Source of the DNA: Mobula hypostoma
Lineage: Eukaryota
Length of the DNA: 64,000 nt
NCBI RefSeq assembly: GCF_963921235.1
Contig: NC_086097.1
Location: forward strand, 119,228,001-119,292,000
Direction of reading: 5' to 3'
Shown piece by piece: positions 24,140-37,860 of the stretch. The position numbers were made by a program, and so were the translations under genes. Numbering within the stretch: the stretch's first letter is position 1; each line of letters starts with the position of its first letter. The notes beneath the pieces were generated by a model. It was given only the letters and a program-made list of their open reading frames with translations. It was not told where the DNA came from and did no database searches.

Positions 24140-27100
24140 TGTAGGAGTTTGTGAATAAAACATGTGAGAGTTGTTTTATGTGCTTAACAAAAGCCACAGC
24201 CCTTAACATCCTTTACAAACAAAATGAAAACAGCAGCCTTACAACTGAAGTCATTACATTAGACTCAGTTCCTTAAAGTGTACACAACAACCCAATGATG
24301 TTGTCTGTGAATTATGCAACACAATTTCTATTAAGAACAAGATGGGTAACTCTATCACTGATTACATTACCCTACACAGGCACCCAAGAATTCACCAAAA
24401 CCGGCATTGTGAGCCTGCATGCACCTCATACAAGCTGCCCGGTGCAGGTCCTACTTGCTTTGGTTAAAGTAAAAACAGGCTCATCCAGGCGTGTGCTGAC
24501 TGTAGTCATGCTGTGATGCAGGGGGTATGGTAGTGGAATCATCCAGATCTTGCTGGGCCAGTTTGAGGCGATATACAGAAAAGCATTCCTAACTACAATA
24601 AAAATCTTTTTGCCCCGTAGCAAACAATGGAATGGGCCATCATAAGGAGGCTTAATGGGATGTTCATGTGCATTATGGTGAAAAAAAGTGAACGAGATAG
24701 AACGGAGGTCAACTGGAACCCAAAAGCACTGTACACCATGATGGGATGCCAACCAGGTGATTCTGGTGTCAGGACTAAGATCACCTGACACCCATAACGA
24801 TTGGTTGTACACTAACTCAGCTACGGAGAACTGCAAGTCCTCTTTTGGAGCCGTTCTGAGCCCCTGCAGTACCCACAGAAGATGATAATGTCAACACTCG
24901 CCCGTCAGGGGGAACCCCTCAGAGCAGCCTTTCAGAAATAGTGAAACTGCTCGCAAAGGCTATTGGACTGTGGGTGACACGCTGCGGTTTGATGCAAGTT
25001 AATGCTGAGGTTCAGGGGTTGCAGCCCAGAGGTCTGACATGTATTGGGGACTGTGGTAGGAAGAATATCAGATGGGGTGCCAAAGCAAGCAACCCAGGTG
25101 TTGATGAACACCCAAGCCACCTCCGCAGCCATCATCAGTGCTAGAGGGACAACCTCCGGCCACCCGGTGATACGGTCCACTATGGTAAGGAGATGCGTGA
25201 AACTGCTGGGGGGGGGGGTGGGTGTAAGCAGACCATCCAGGTCCACATTGACGTCATCAAAACATCGCTTAGAGACCTCAAAAGGTGCTGATGGTGCCCA
25301 ATTATGATGGTTAATTTTTGCCCTCAACACACCACAACGGCTGCACTCCATCCTAAGGCCGTGCAACACAAACTGTAAAGGAACCATTTTCTGTGAAGCC
25401 TTCCTGCCCAAATGTGAAAGGCCATGAATGGAGTTAAAAACAGCATGCCTCTAGATTGCAGGCACTAAGGAGCGAGAGTGACTGGTTGAGACATTGAACA
25501 GGAGAGAGACTCCTGCTTCCCCGAACTTGAGGTCAGCCAACCGCAGGCCCATGACTGCTGACCTGTAAGCCTGGACGTTTGGGTCAGTAGCTTGGTCAGC
25601 TGCCATGCTGGCATTGTCAACCACAATGAGTATGGCATCGATGGTGGGCAGTGAGACGCAATCCACTGCAAAGCTACTTTTCCTTTCGATGTGTTGTATG
25701 TCATTCGTGAATTCTGACATGTAGACAGGCTGGTGTTGCTGCTGTGCAGACTAAGGGTCTGATACTCTCGTTACTGTGTGCACTGGGGGGTGGGGTGGGG
25801 GTTTGTGGTCAACGAACACTGTGAAATGCCGACCCTCAAGTAGAAAATGGAAGTGGTGGACAGCCAACCATGCTGTGCTTCCTCTGAGGGAGGTGGGGTG
25901 AGCGGGCAGCTGAAGAAGGCGAGAGGCTGCCAAGACCCTCCAACCAACTGCTCGTGCACAGCACCCACTGCATAGTCTGAGGTGTCAGTAGTAATGGCTG
26001 TAGGTGCGTTGGGGAGAAGATACACCAACAGAGTTGTATATGAAGATCTTGTTTGTTGTCGTCAAATGCTCTGGTCATGTCTACCGAACTCTCAAGCATG
26101 CAATCAGGGGAACTGCCTTCAAGGGCACTATAGAAGGGGAACGTGTATTGAGCAGCTCATGGAACGAAATGGTGATAGAAATTTACCCTACCTAAAATCC
26201 CTTGCGGTGCTTTGGTAATGCAGAGCAATGGTTAGTCAAAATTGTGGAAATTTTTGGCAATAGGGGTGTTGTACCTTCTGCAGAGGTGCAGTGGCTGAGA
26301 AAGTCAATGGTAGAGACACTGAATTGGCATTTAGTGGGTTTAATAATTAGCTCATATTGGCTTAAGTGCTTGAAACATGTGCAGAGATGTGATAAGTGTT
26401 CGGTTTTGGATGTGCTGGTGACACGTATGTCATCCAGGTAAACCAAAAGCAAATCTAAGTCTTTTAATACAGCATCCATTAGTTGCTGGAATGTCTGTGC
26501 TGCATTTTTCAGCCCAAACAGCATGTACAGAAACTCAAATAGGCCAAACGGGGTTACACATCAGATTTGGAACATCCTCAGCGCAGATGGACACCTGATG
26601 GGAGACATTGACGAAGCCAACTTTAGAAAAAAATATCTCTGGCTAAACGTGCCAAAAAGTCTTGAGTATGTGAGACCATGTGTTTAAGATCAGGGATGGT
26701 GGCCTTCTTACGGTGGTGGTAATCACTGAATAGATGGCAACCACCTTCGAACTTAGGGACCACTTGGAGGTTGAAACCCATGAGCTATTCAGCCTGCATA
26801 CAGTGCCAAGCATTTCCATGTTAGCAAACGCAGCCTTTGCGCTGGCTAGCTTTTCTGAGTCCAGTCTACACGCTCGACTGTGGACCGGTGAACCAGTTGT
26901 GGAGATGTGGAGCTCGACCCGAAGTTTTGTCACTGTAGTGGAAATTGTGGCCTTGGTGATGTTTGGGATTTCGCCCAGCAAGCAAGCGAATTCAAACGTG
27001 GTGGTGCATGCACTAGACAAAGTTGACATGGGGAACTTACTGGAGGTACGGGATAATGACCCAAAGTCTTCTGCGTCCACAAGCCAGCAGTTTTTAAGAT

Positions 27101-27360
27101 CTACTAACTGTCCTTCGGTACACAAGAAGTCTTTGCCGAGCAGAAGTCTGGCAACTTAAGCTAAGATAAAGTTCCACGTGTAGTGTCATCCACTGAACGA
27201 GAGCATCATGCTTTGTTTCCACAAGTGTGGATCCTGCTGTCAATGGTGGCCTCCAATGAGAGTCCATACACTCTGTCTTACAATCAATGGACAATGCTGG
27301 CAGCTCACTCACTTGACAGCTTGTATCACACAGGAAGCATCACACTGAAAGTGTGTCGGT
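24140..27360 (-). mobile_element. Decayed Ty3/Gypsy LTR retrotransposon with 3' LTR at 24140-24376
   Basis: RT LFGLKNAAQTFQ..VYLDDI, RNase H TDTSDYAVGAV, integrase HLLTIVDRITGWPE..HPQSN. LTR termini TGTAGG...CCTACA. Confidence 0.88.
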
Positions 27361-27867
27361 AATTTTTGTTTTGATTTTTTTTTGTTTATTGAGATACAGG
27401 TCCTTCTAGCCCTTCTAGCCCATCAAGCTGCACTGCCTAGCAATCCCCCGATTTAATGCTGGCTTCATCACAGGACAATTTACAATGACCAATTAACTTC
27501 CAACCGATATGTCTGTGGACTGTGGGAAGGATCTGGAATCTGGAGCAGCTGGAGGAAATGGACCCTGGCAGCTGGAATCCATGGTGTTCACAGACCTCTG
27601 ATGTCCTGATGTGCTGGCACTGTCAAAGCTGCATGGTGGATCGGTGTTTCTTGATGTGCATGGTAAAAGCATAGACCTGGCATTGTCTGGTTCGGAGCTG
27701 TGGTGTGAGTCTGCTGGAGGCTCTGCTGACTAGGCTTATTGAGATAGGGAAAGGAGAGGGTCAATGTACCGCTGCCTGGAAGAGTGTAGCAAATCTTGAG
27801 AGGTATCTACTATTTCTCAGGCAGGAAGAACCCAAGGATACCTGCTGTATTTTCAGACAATGAATTA

Positions 27868-28312
27868 CACACAGTGGCCACTTTATTGGGTACAGCAGTG
27901 CACCTGCTCATTAATGCAAATATCTAATCAAGCCATCAAGTGGCAGCAATTCAATGCATAAAAGCATGCAAACATGGTCAAGAGGTTCAGTTGCTGTTCA
28001 GAACAAACATCAGAATGGTGAAATGTGATCTAAGTGACCCCAAATGTGGCATGATTGTGGATGCCATACAAGGTAGTTTGTGTATCTCTGAACCTTCTGG
28101 TCTTCTAGGATTTTAATGTACAGTACAATAATCTCTAGAGTTTGCAGAGAATGGTGTGAAAAGCAAAAATAATCCAGTGAGCAGCAGTTCTGTGGGCAAA
28201 AACGCCTTCCTTGTTTTTGAGAGAAGTCAGAGGAAAATCAGCAGTCTTGTTCAAACTGACAGGAAGGCAACAGTAACTCAAATAACCAAGCATTACAACA
28301 GTGGTGTGCAGA
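27868..28312. mobile_element. Tc1-like MITE with one TIR
   Basis: (TA)cacacagtggccactttattgggtac. Body is the reverse complement of the 17095 and 23173 family. Confidence 0.75.
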
Positions 28313-28320
28313 AGTTAACT

Positions 28321-29252
28321 CTGAGTTGTCAGCTCCACAATAGCTTTTTTCGCTGTTGGGGGGTCACAACAAAAATTAATGACCATTGTGAGGAGGACTT
28401 CATTTAATAAATCAAAAGGAAAAAAATCAAGATGATGAGGCAGAATGGAAATTAATATGGGTTAAGGAGAGTTAGAAAAATTACAGAAATCAGCGGGAAA
28501 GCAATAAAGAGAAAATCAAGGAGACTGAAAATAGCTTGGATATGAAACTGGCAGAGGAAGGTTTGACTTATATGTATGTAAATGCGCAAAGAAATTTGAA
28601 TAATATTGGTGAAGTGAAACGGCAAAATATGTTTTGAATCTAAAGTCAGGTTCAGAGCTTTAGGAGTTAGCTGAAGAAAGTCTAAAATCAAGCTGGTAGC
28701 CAAGGCTGCGGGAGAAGGTTATTCAACAGAAATCAATCAAGTACTTAGGTGGAATTTTAAATTATATTCACAATTATAAATGATGAATTATAAGATTATA
28801 GGGAATATAATTCAGCTATGGGGAAAGGTGGAATAGGTAGGCAATGAATGGAGCTTTGATAAAGGTATAGGTGGGGTAAAGACAAGCCGGCTTTTCCATT
28901 GAGTTTAGGTATGAACATAACTGGACGTCATGGGTTAAGGGTGAAAGAAGAAATGTTTAACGGGATCATGAAGGGGAAGTGATTTCAAGAACATGAAGGG
29001 GAAGTGATTTCAAGAAGCAGGTGCTTTCACCAATCTGGTCCATGTTGAATTATTATTCAGCCTAGTCCCATTAACCTGCACTTGAACCATAGCCTCCACA
29101 TCTTTTCCATCCATCCACTTATTAAAATTTCTCTTAAATGTTGAAATCAAACCTGCACCCTACACTTCTGCTGGCAAATCATTCCTCAATCTTACCACAT
29201 TCTGAGTGAAGAAATTCCCCCTCATGATCCCCTTAAACATTTCTTCTTTCAT
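28321..29252. repeat. Local duplicate (copy A) of 36043-36915 with an inverted distal part
   Basis: Long exact shared runs such as gactgaaaatagcttggatatgaaactggcagaggaaggtttgacttatatgtatgtaaatgc. Confidence 0.8.
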
Positions 29253-30111
29253 CCTAGGACAAGCCCTCTTCTCAATGCTACCTTCGGGAAGGAAGTACAG
29301 AAGCCTGAAGGCACACACTCTACCATTCAGGAACAGCTTCTTCCCACTTGCCATCAGATGTCTGAATGGACATGGAACCCATGAACACTACCTCACTACG
29401 TTTTTTCTTGCAGGGAATGTGGCATGCAATTGGTGGATGGATCTCCAACCAAGTTGTAGTTGCCTCAGCTAATTACAGCCCCATGGTCCTTCTGTTCAGA
29501 CAAGGTTGATGTGGTACGTTTGTTGCTGTGTTTCAATTATGGATGTCAGTCCCACAGGAGTTACCTTTCCTCCAATATAATTTCTTAATTGGATTTTGTT
29601 CAGGATCTTTGAAATGCTGTTAAACTCATTTTGTGGAATGACTTGAAACAGCTGAGCCAGCGTCCAATTCCATTTAAATTAATTTACCATTCACTTCTGA
29701 TGTAAACCATTTGCTTGTCTATTGATAGTTTTCACATTGTAAATCTCAAGGCTGTCACCCTGATCATTATTAGAATATTTATCAATAGTGTGTAGATTAG
29801 TGCTCTTATTGAAACTGGAATTTGACTTTTTACCTTGTTCTCTTCTCTGTGCAATCCATCTATTTTTGCCTGCCCATCATGCTCTTTATATGTATCCTAT
29901 TTTGTTGCATTTTCTGCAGGGTTGCCTTCAAACCAGCATTTGTCTAGTATATATGATCCCCTGCCACAACAGTAACACAATTTGTTCAGCCAGGCTGGTT
30001 TCTGTTCAGCTGCTGCAATTTTTCTCACACTCACTTTAATTCGTGATGACATCTCAATTGCACCGCTGTCTGCGGTTTCATTGAAACAGTGATTTCAACT
30101 GCTGTTTTAAA

Positions 30112-33100
30112 CAGACAAGTGACAAGGTTCTGCGTAGGGAATTCAGTAAGTTAGGTGCTAAGTTAAAGGGCAGGACCTCCAGGGATGTAATTTCAGAAGT
30201 CCTGCCCATGCCATGTACTAGTGAGGTCAGAACCAAAAAGACGATACAGTTTAATAGTGGCAAAGCACTTGGTATAGGAGGGAGGGCGTATGATTTTGGG
30301 ATCATTGGGCTCTCTTCCAGGTAAGGTGGGACCTGTACAAAAGGGACGGTTTGCACCTGAACTGGATAGTGACTAATATCCTAGCAGAAAAGTTTGTAAA
30401 TGCTGCATGGTGGGCTTTAAACTAGAGTTGCAGGGGGATGGGAACCAGAATGCCAGAACAGTGAGTGCAGAGATTGTGGAGGTAGATGTTGATAAGACTT
30501 CAGACAAAGTTACAAATCAAGAGGTTGAGCATGGTGAGACTTGTGCCCTGAGCTAAGTATATTTCAAAGCAAGAAGTATTGGAGGAAAAGTGGATGATAC
30601 TGCTGAAGATGAGGTAGCTGGTTTACAAGCAGAGGCAATGTGTAGTGAGGAGAGGCTGTTGATAGGGCAAAGTTGCAGTCAACAGGATGAGTTGCAACAA
30701 AAAGATGGACAAAATCAAAAAGGGTGATTGCAGGACTGAAGGTGTTACATTTGAAAGCATGCAGTATAGAGAATAAGGTTGATGAAATTGTAGCACGGTT
30801 ACAGATTGGTGTGTATAATGTTCTAGGCATCACTGCATTGTGGCCGAAGGATTATAGCTGGGAGCTAAATTACCAGGGATACACATTGTATCGAAAGGAC
30901 AGGCAGATGGGCAGAGATGTGGCATCGTTCAACTGGTAAAAAATCATAAGAAAGAGGTGACACAGGATCGGAAGGTGTTGAATCATTGTGGATAGAAATA
31001 AGCAATAGCAAGGGTAAAAAGACCCTGAACGGAGATATATACAGACCACCAACAGTAGAAAGGATGTGGTCTACAATTTACTGTGTGAGATAGAAAATGA
31101 ATGCCAAAAGGCCAATGTTACAATAGTCATGGGGAATTTCAATGTGCAGGTAGATTGGGAAAATCAGGTTGGTGCTGAATTCCAAGTGGGGGATTTTTTA
31201 GAATGCCTACAAGATGGCTTTTTAGAACAACTCATGGTTGAGCCCATTGTGGGATCAGCTATTCTGCATGTAGTGTTTTGCAATGAACCAGAATTGATAA
31301 GAGAGTTTAAGGTAAAAGAATCCTATGGGGAAAGTGATGATAATATGATCAAATTCACCCTCAAATTTGAGAAGGAGAAGCTGAAGTCAAATTTGTATCA
31401 GTAATACAGTGGAGTAAAGGGAATTACAGAGATGTAGGGGAAGAGTTGATCGGAATTGATTGGAAAAGAACACTGGCAGGGATGTCAGTAGAGCAGCAAT
31501 GGCTGGAACTTCTGGAAGCAATTCAGAAGGTACAGCATATATACATCCCAAAGTGAGGAAGTATTCTAAAGGTAAGATGACACAACTATGGCTAACAAGA
31601 GAAATCAAAGCTAACATAAAAACAAAAGAGACGGCATATAATGGAGCAAAAATTAGTGGGAAGTTAGAGGATTGGGAAGCTTTTAAAAAACAACAGAAGA
31701 CAACTAAAAAGTCATTAAAAAGGTAAAGGTAGAATGTGAAAGGAAGCTAGCCAATAATATTAAAGAGGATACCAAAAGTTTCTTCCGATACATAAAGTGT
31801 AAAAGAGAGGCAAGAATGGATATCGGACCCCTGGAAAATGATGCTGGAGAGGTAGTAATGGGGACAACAAAATAGCGAATTAACTGAATAAATATTTTGC
31901 ATCAGTGTACACTGTGCAAGACACTAGCAGTATGGTGGTAGTCCCAGGTGTCAGGGGCAGAAAGCGTGTAAAGTTCCTATTACTGGAGAGAAGGTTCTTG
32001 GGAAACTGAAAGGTTTGAAGGTAGATATGTCACCTGGACAAGATGGTGTGCTTGCCAGCATTCTGCAAAGAGCGGCCAAAGAGTCTGTGGAGGCATTAGT
32101 AATGATTTTTCAAGAATCACTAGATCCGGGAATGTTTCTGGAGGACTGGAAAATTGCATATGTCATTCCACTCTTCAAGAAAGAAGAGAGGCAGAAGAAA
32201 GGAAACTATAGGACAGCTAGTCTGACCTCAGTGATTGGGAAGATGTTGGATTCAATTATTAAGGATAAAGTTTCAGGGTACTTGGAGGCACATGATAAAA
32301 TAGGCCAAAGTCAGCATAGTTTCCTCAAGGGAGATTCTTGCCTGACAAATCTGTTGGAATTCTTTGAAAAAATAACAAGCAGCTTAGACAAAGGAAAATT
32401 GATTGATGTTGTGTTCTTGGATTTTCAGGCCTTTGACAAGGTGCCACCCATGAGGCTGCTGAACAAGCTATGAGCCCATAATAGCACCAGAAATATTCTA
32501 GCAGCATAGAGTGGGAATAAAAGGAGCCTTTTCTAGTTGGCTGCTCGTGACTAGTGCTGTTACAGTTGGGTCTGTGTTGAAACCGACTCCTTTTATGTTG
32601 TATGTCAATGATTTGGATGATGGAATTGGTGACTTTGTTGCAAAGATTGCAGATGTGTGTAGGGGCAGGTAGTTTTGAGGAAGTAGAAAAGCTACAGAAG
32701 GTTATAGACAGATTAGGAGAATGGGTAAAGAAATGGCAGATGGAATACAGTGTCAGGAAGTGTATGATCATGCACTTTGGTAGAAGAAATGAAAGGGTAG
32801 ACAATTTTCTAATTCGAGAGAAAAAGCAAAAAAAAACTGAGGTGCAAATGGACTCCAGAGTCCTGGTGCGTGATTCTCAAAAAGTTAACTTGCATGTTGA
32901 GTTTGTGATGATGAAGGCAAATGCAATGTTGGCATTCATTTCAAGAGAACTAGAATATAAAAGCAAGGATGTAATGTTGTGACCTTATAAAGCACTGGCG
33001 AGGCCTCACTTGGAGTAATGTGAGCAGTTCTGGGTCGCTTACCTTTGAAAAGATTTTCCTAAACTGGAGAGGGTTTAATAGAATTTCATGAAAACGATTA

Positions 33101-33550
33101 CATGATTCAATGGCTTGTTATATGAAGAGTGTTTGATGTCTCTGGGCTTGTATTCACCGGAATGCAGAAGAATGAGAGATGACCTCATTGAAACCTATGG
33201 AATTGTGATATAGAGTGGATGTGGAGGTATTTCCTGTGGTGGGAGAGTCTAAATGCAGAGGATACTGCCTCATAATAGAGGACTGTCCTTTTAGAATGGA
33301 GATGTGGAGGAATTTCTTTAGCCAAAGAGTGGTGAATCTGTGGATTTTTTTTTGCCACAGGCAGCTGTGAAGCCCATGCCTTTCTGTATATATTTAAGGC
33401 AGAGGTTGATAACTTCTTGATTGGTCAGAGCATGAAGGGATTTGGGGAGAAAGCAGGAGATTGGGGTGAAGAGGAACATTGGATCAGCCATAATGAAATG
33501 ACAGAGCTGACTCAATAGCCTGATTTTCCTCACTACCTTACGGTCTTATA
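30112..33550 (+). mobile_element. CR1 LINE, degenerate, from ORF1 C-terminus to 3' end
   Basis: IVMGNFN, GESDDNMI, NYRTASLTSVIGK, SCLTNLLEFFE, WQMEYSVRKC, plus CR1 3' UTR. Confidence 0.9.
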
Positions 33551-34159
33551 TTGTTATGGTAAGTTCTCCCTATTATTTAGTTTTGAGTTGAAGACATATA
33601 GCAAGGCCAGCATATGATTATGTCTGTGAAAGATATGATAAGTGAAACTTGACTTTGCACACTTCCCTGAGGAATTCTTTTAGTATCGAGGAAAAGCTGA
33701 GATGTCTAAATTCCAATATTCATAATCAACTTTATTTTTAAAAAACATTTATCCATTCAGAGGAGATGCTCCTTTTTGCTTCCAATAAGATTTACCAGAG
33801 GTCCATGATATAATACACATTCAAAAACTGTTTTGGCATTCATGACTGTTACTCCCACGTCACTCTTACTCAGCAATTAAGTGCATGCATGATTCAAACC
33901 AGAGATAAAGTCTAGAAGTTATTGATCGCAGTGAAACTAAGGTGGGTGTGGGAAAAGTTATTCCTGAGTAAGTGGTATTTTGTAGCATTATTGGTCACAC
34001 CTGCTGACTTAATGCATTTGTAGAAGAGTAAAGGTCCACTTAGTTCAGCCTATCAAGGCTAGGCCCACATTTTTGGATTATCCCTTGAATACTGTTTGCC
34101 CCAACTTAGTCAGCAGCTTCCAAACCCACAGCCGTTCCTTATTTGAAGAATAAGGGACA

Positions 34160-35085
34160 CCACATAATTCTCTGCAACTTCTGCCATCTCCAGCAGGATC
34201 CCATCACAAAGCACATCTTTCCCTCCCCCCACTTCCTGTTTTCCTCCCCTATCAATTCGTCCCTCCCACTGATCTCCCTCCTGGCACTTATCCTTGCAAA
34301 TGGAACAAGGGCTATTCCTCCTCCCTCATTACCATTCAGGGCCCCAAACAGTCCTTCCAGGTGAGGCGACACTTTACCTGTGAGTCATCTGGGGTCGTAT
34401 ACTGTATCTGGTACTCCTGGTGTGGCCTCCTGCATGACACAGATTGGGAGACCAGTTTGCTGAACACCTACACTCCATCTGCCAGTAAAAGCATAATCTC
34501 CCAGTGGTCGCCCGTTTTAGTTCCACTGCCAACTCCATTCTGACATGTCAGTCTATGGTCTCCTCTACTGTCGCAATGAGGCCACACTGAGGTTGGAGGA
34601 GCAACACCTTATATTCCATCTGGGTAGCTTCCAACCTGATGGCATGAACATCAATTTCTCAAACTTCCGGTAGTGCTCCCGCTCTCCTTCCTTCACTATT
34701 CCCAATTTCCATTTCCCTCTCTCACCTTATCTCCTTACCTGCCCATTGCCCCCCTCTGGTCTCCTCCCCCTTTTCTTTCTTCCATGGCCTTCTGTCCAGT
34801 CCCATCAGATTCCCCCTTCTCCAGCCCTGTATTTCTTTCAGCAATCAACTTCCCAGCTCTTAACTTCACTCCACCTCCCTTCCAGTTTCAGCTATCACCT
34901 TGTGGTTCTTCATCCCCCCCTCCCATTCCTTACTCTGACTCCTCATCTTTTGTCCAGTCCCAATGACAGGTCTTGGCCTGAAACATTGACTACATTCCTT
35001 TCTATAGATGTCGCCTGGCTTGCCAACTTTCTCCAGAATTTTGTGTGTGTTGCTTGGATTTACAGCTTCTGCAGATTTTCTCTTG
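34160..35085 (+). mobile_element. Penelope-like remnant (GIY-YIG endonuclease region plus terminal repeat)
   Basis: FTCESSGVVYCIWYSWCGLL is a degenerate Penelope GIY-YIG motif. Terminal module at 34955-35085. Confidence 0.78.
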
Positions 35086-35206
35086 GTTTTGAGAAAGGTG
35101 ACAGTGACATGTCTTACAACAGTGATATACAGAAGACCATCTCTAAATACACAATACATTGAACCTTGAAGTGAATGGGATACAGATGTAGAGAACCATG
35201 AGCAAA

Positions 35207-35262
35207 CAGTCAGTGGACCTTTTATTAGGTGCAGGGGTACATAATAATGTGCCCACTGAGTG
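35207..35262. mobile_element. TIR-only mini-MITE (56 bp)
   Basis: cagtcagtggacc..ttattaggt..acataataatgtgcccactgagtg-TA: two Tc1-family TIRs back to back. Confidence 0.65.
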
Positions 35263-36042
35263 TATTTGCATTCTGCAATGGATGTACTTAGTCAGCCAGG
35301 AGGAGTGGGGTTCTTCTTCGAGCAGAGGAAGTCATAAAGAGGTCTGATAGACATATTTCAGAAGGATATGCATAGAGTTCACTGCTGAAAGTTTCAAGAA
35401 ACAGAGGAGAGCAAATTAAAGTGATCGGCAAGGGTTAAGAGTTGTAAGTGAAAAATAATTCCAGCAATTCCTTACAGATATTAGCTACCACATCCCATAA
35501 TGGTCTTGGTGATTGTAAGCACCCATTTGGTATGCTTTCCTTCCAATTTTCCTCCTTTGAATACTTTGCTTTTTATGGGCTCTCAAATCACCTCTTTAAA
35601 TGCATTAGATGGCAATTTATCAGCAAGCCAGCAGACACATGGGGAGGACATGTGTAAACTGTCACTGGCTTCCCTTCCTCTAGGTAAAGAAATGTAATGG
35701 ATCTGTAATGTCATTCTTTATAAAATCTTCACAAATTGGGGATTTTATCCTAGAAGGCACACAGAGGCAATCACCATCAAAAGTGATGACAAAATATTTT
35801 TTCCCCGAGGTATGGAATGAAATAGCTGAAATTCCCCTCCACCATCAGATTTCTGAATGGAGAGTGAACCAGCCCATGAACACTACATCATTTTTCTTTC
35901 TTTCTTCTTTTTAATAACTTAATTAATTTACTACATATATATAAAATTGTAATTTATACTTTTTTAATGTATTGCACTGTACTGTTGCTGCAAAACAACA
36001 AATTTCACAACATACGTCAGTGATATTAAACCTGATACTGAT

Positions 36043-36915
36043 TCTGAATTGACAGCTCCACAGAGCAAACAAAGTAGCTCTATTCCTTGTTAGGGGTCAC
36101 AACAAAAATTGTGAGGAGGACTTGATTTAATAAATCCAGAAGGAGAGGAAAAAGAAATCAAGATGATGAATTGGAAAGGAAATTAATATGGGTTAAGGAG
36201 ACTTAGAAAAAATTACAGGAATCAGCAGGAAAGCAATAAAGAGAAAATCAAGAAGACTGAAAATAGCTTGGATATGAAACTGGCAGAGGAAGGTTTGACT
36301 TATATGTATGTAAATGCACAAAAAATTTGAATAATGTTGGTGAAGTGAAGCTGTAAAATATGTTTTGAATCTAAAGTCAGGTTCTGAGCTTCAGGAGTTA
36401 TCTTAAGAAGGTTTAAAATCAAACTGGTTACCAAGGCTGTGGGAGAAGGATATTCAACAGAAATCAATCAAGCCCCTATGTGGAATTTTAAATTATATTC
36501 ACAGTTATAAATTATGAATTATAAGATTATAGGGTATATCACTGAGCTAGAAGAATAGATGAAATGGGTCGGTAATGAATGGATATTTGATACCATTATA
36601 GATAGGGTAAATGCAGGCAAGCTTTTCCCGTTGAGGTTGGGTGTGACCATAAGTGGAGGTGATGGGTTCAGGGTCAAAGATGAAGTGCTTAAAGGGATCA
36701 TGAGGGCAAATTTCTTCACTCAGAGTCTGGTGAGAGTGTGAAAGGAGTTGCCAGTGGAAGTGAAGGGTGCAGGTTTGATTTCAACATGTAACATTAATTC
36801 TGGTAAGTGGATGGATGGAAGGGTGCTGAAGGCTATGGTTCAGCTACTGATCAATGGGACTAGGCAGAATAATAATTCAGCATGGACTGGATTGGTGAAA
36901 GGGATTGTTTCTGTG
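36043..36915. repeat. Local duplicate (copy B), including a CR1 3' fragment
   Basis: Matches 28321-28980 directly and about 29010-29252 in reverse. Confidence 0.8.
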
Positions 36916-37860
36916 CTGCAGTATTTTATGAAGGGATGATATATAAAACTAGGAACACCATGTCACAACAGGTATAGTTATTTTGTGCTACTTCACTCAT
37001 TTTGAAATCTCCAGGAAGTAATATTCAAGATCTCTTAATTATTCAATAATTATAACAGTAAAACGGCACATGAAACAGAAGATTATTAAATTAGCTGTGC
37101 ATTGAAAACAAAAACAGAAGAAATTTAATTGTCTCTGGCAACAGAAGTGTCAATGCTTAGACAACAAATAGGGGGAAATGTGGCATATATTATAAATGGA
37201 TTTTCTCAAAACCATTCCCCAGCGTAGAACCAGAGGTTGTTCCCCCTGGTCCCAGACTCTCCCATAAATACTGTGATTACAGGAGTTGATCAGGGGTTGG
37301 CTATCATGCAGCTATTGACCATCTCTTGTCAGCTAAAATTTCCACAACCATCTATATAAGAGACATGTCAGAAGAAGGGACAAGTCAAAAGTCAGTGACC
37401 TCACAGGGTTAGAGTTAGGGGTGTTTTCAACTTTGGAATATTGGATGAGGAGGTCACTCAGTCTTTTGTTCCTGTTTTACTTTTTCAAGGACTATTGTAG
37501 TTGATATGTAGTCTTGCTTCTCACACCTTCCTTTGCTTCATATTCTTCAGGATATTTCGTTAACAAAAATTTTGTGGACCTCTGATTTAAAATTAACAAA
37601 TACCCTTAAACCAATTAACATTTGAAAACTTTCAACGATCTACTATTTGACGTGTGAAGGAATTGTTATTTCACTCTTCAAAAATCCACCGATAATTTCT
37701 AAGACATAGAAGCAGATTTAGGCCACTTCGACCCATTCCGTCTGCTCCACCATTCCATCATGGCTGATTTATTACCCTTCCAACTCCATTTTCCTGCCTT
37801 GTCTCTGTAACCTTTGACACACTTACTAATCAAGAGTCTATCAACCTCCGCTTCAAATAT

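Noticed and set aside
30043..30110. C/D snoRNA (GTGATGA box)
   Set aside because: No downstream CTGA D box or terminal stem.
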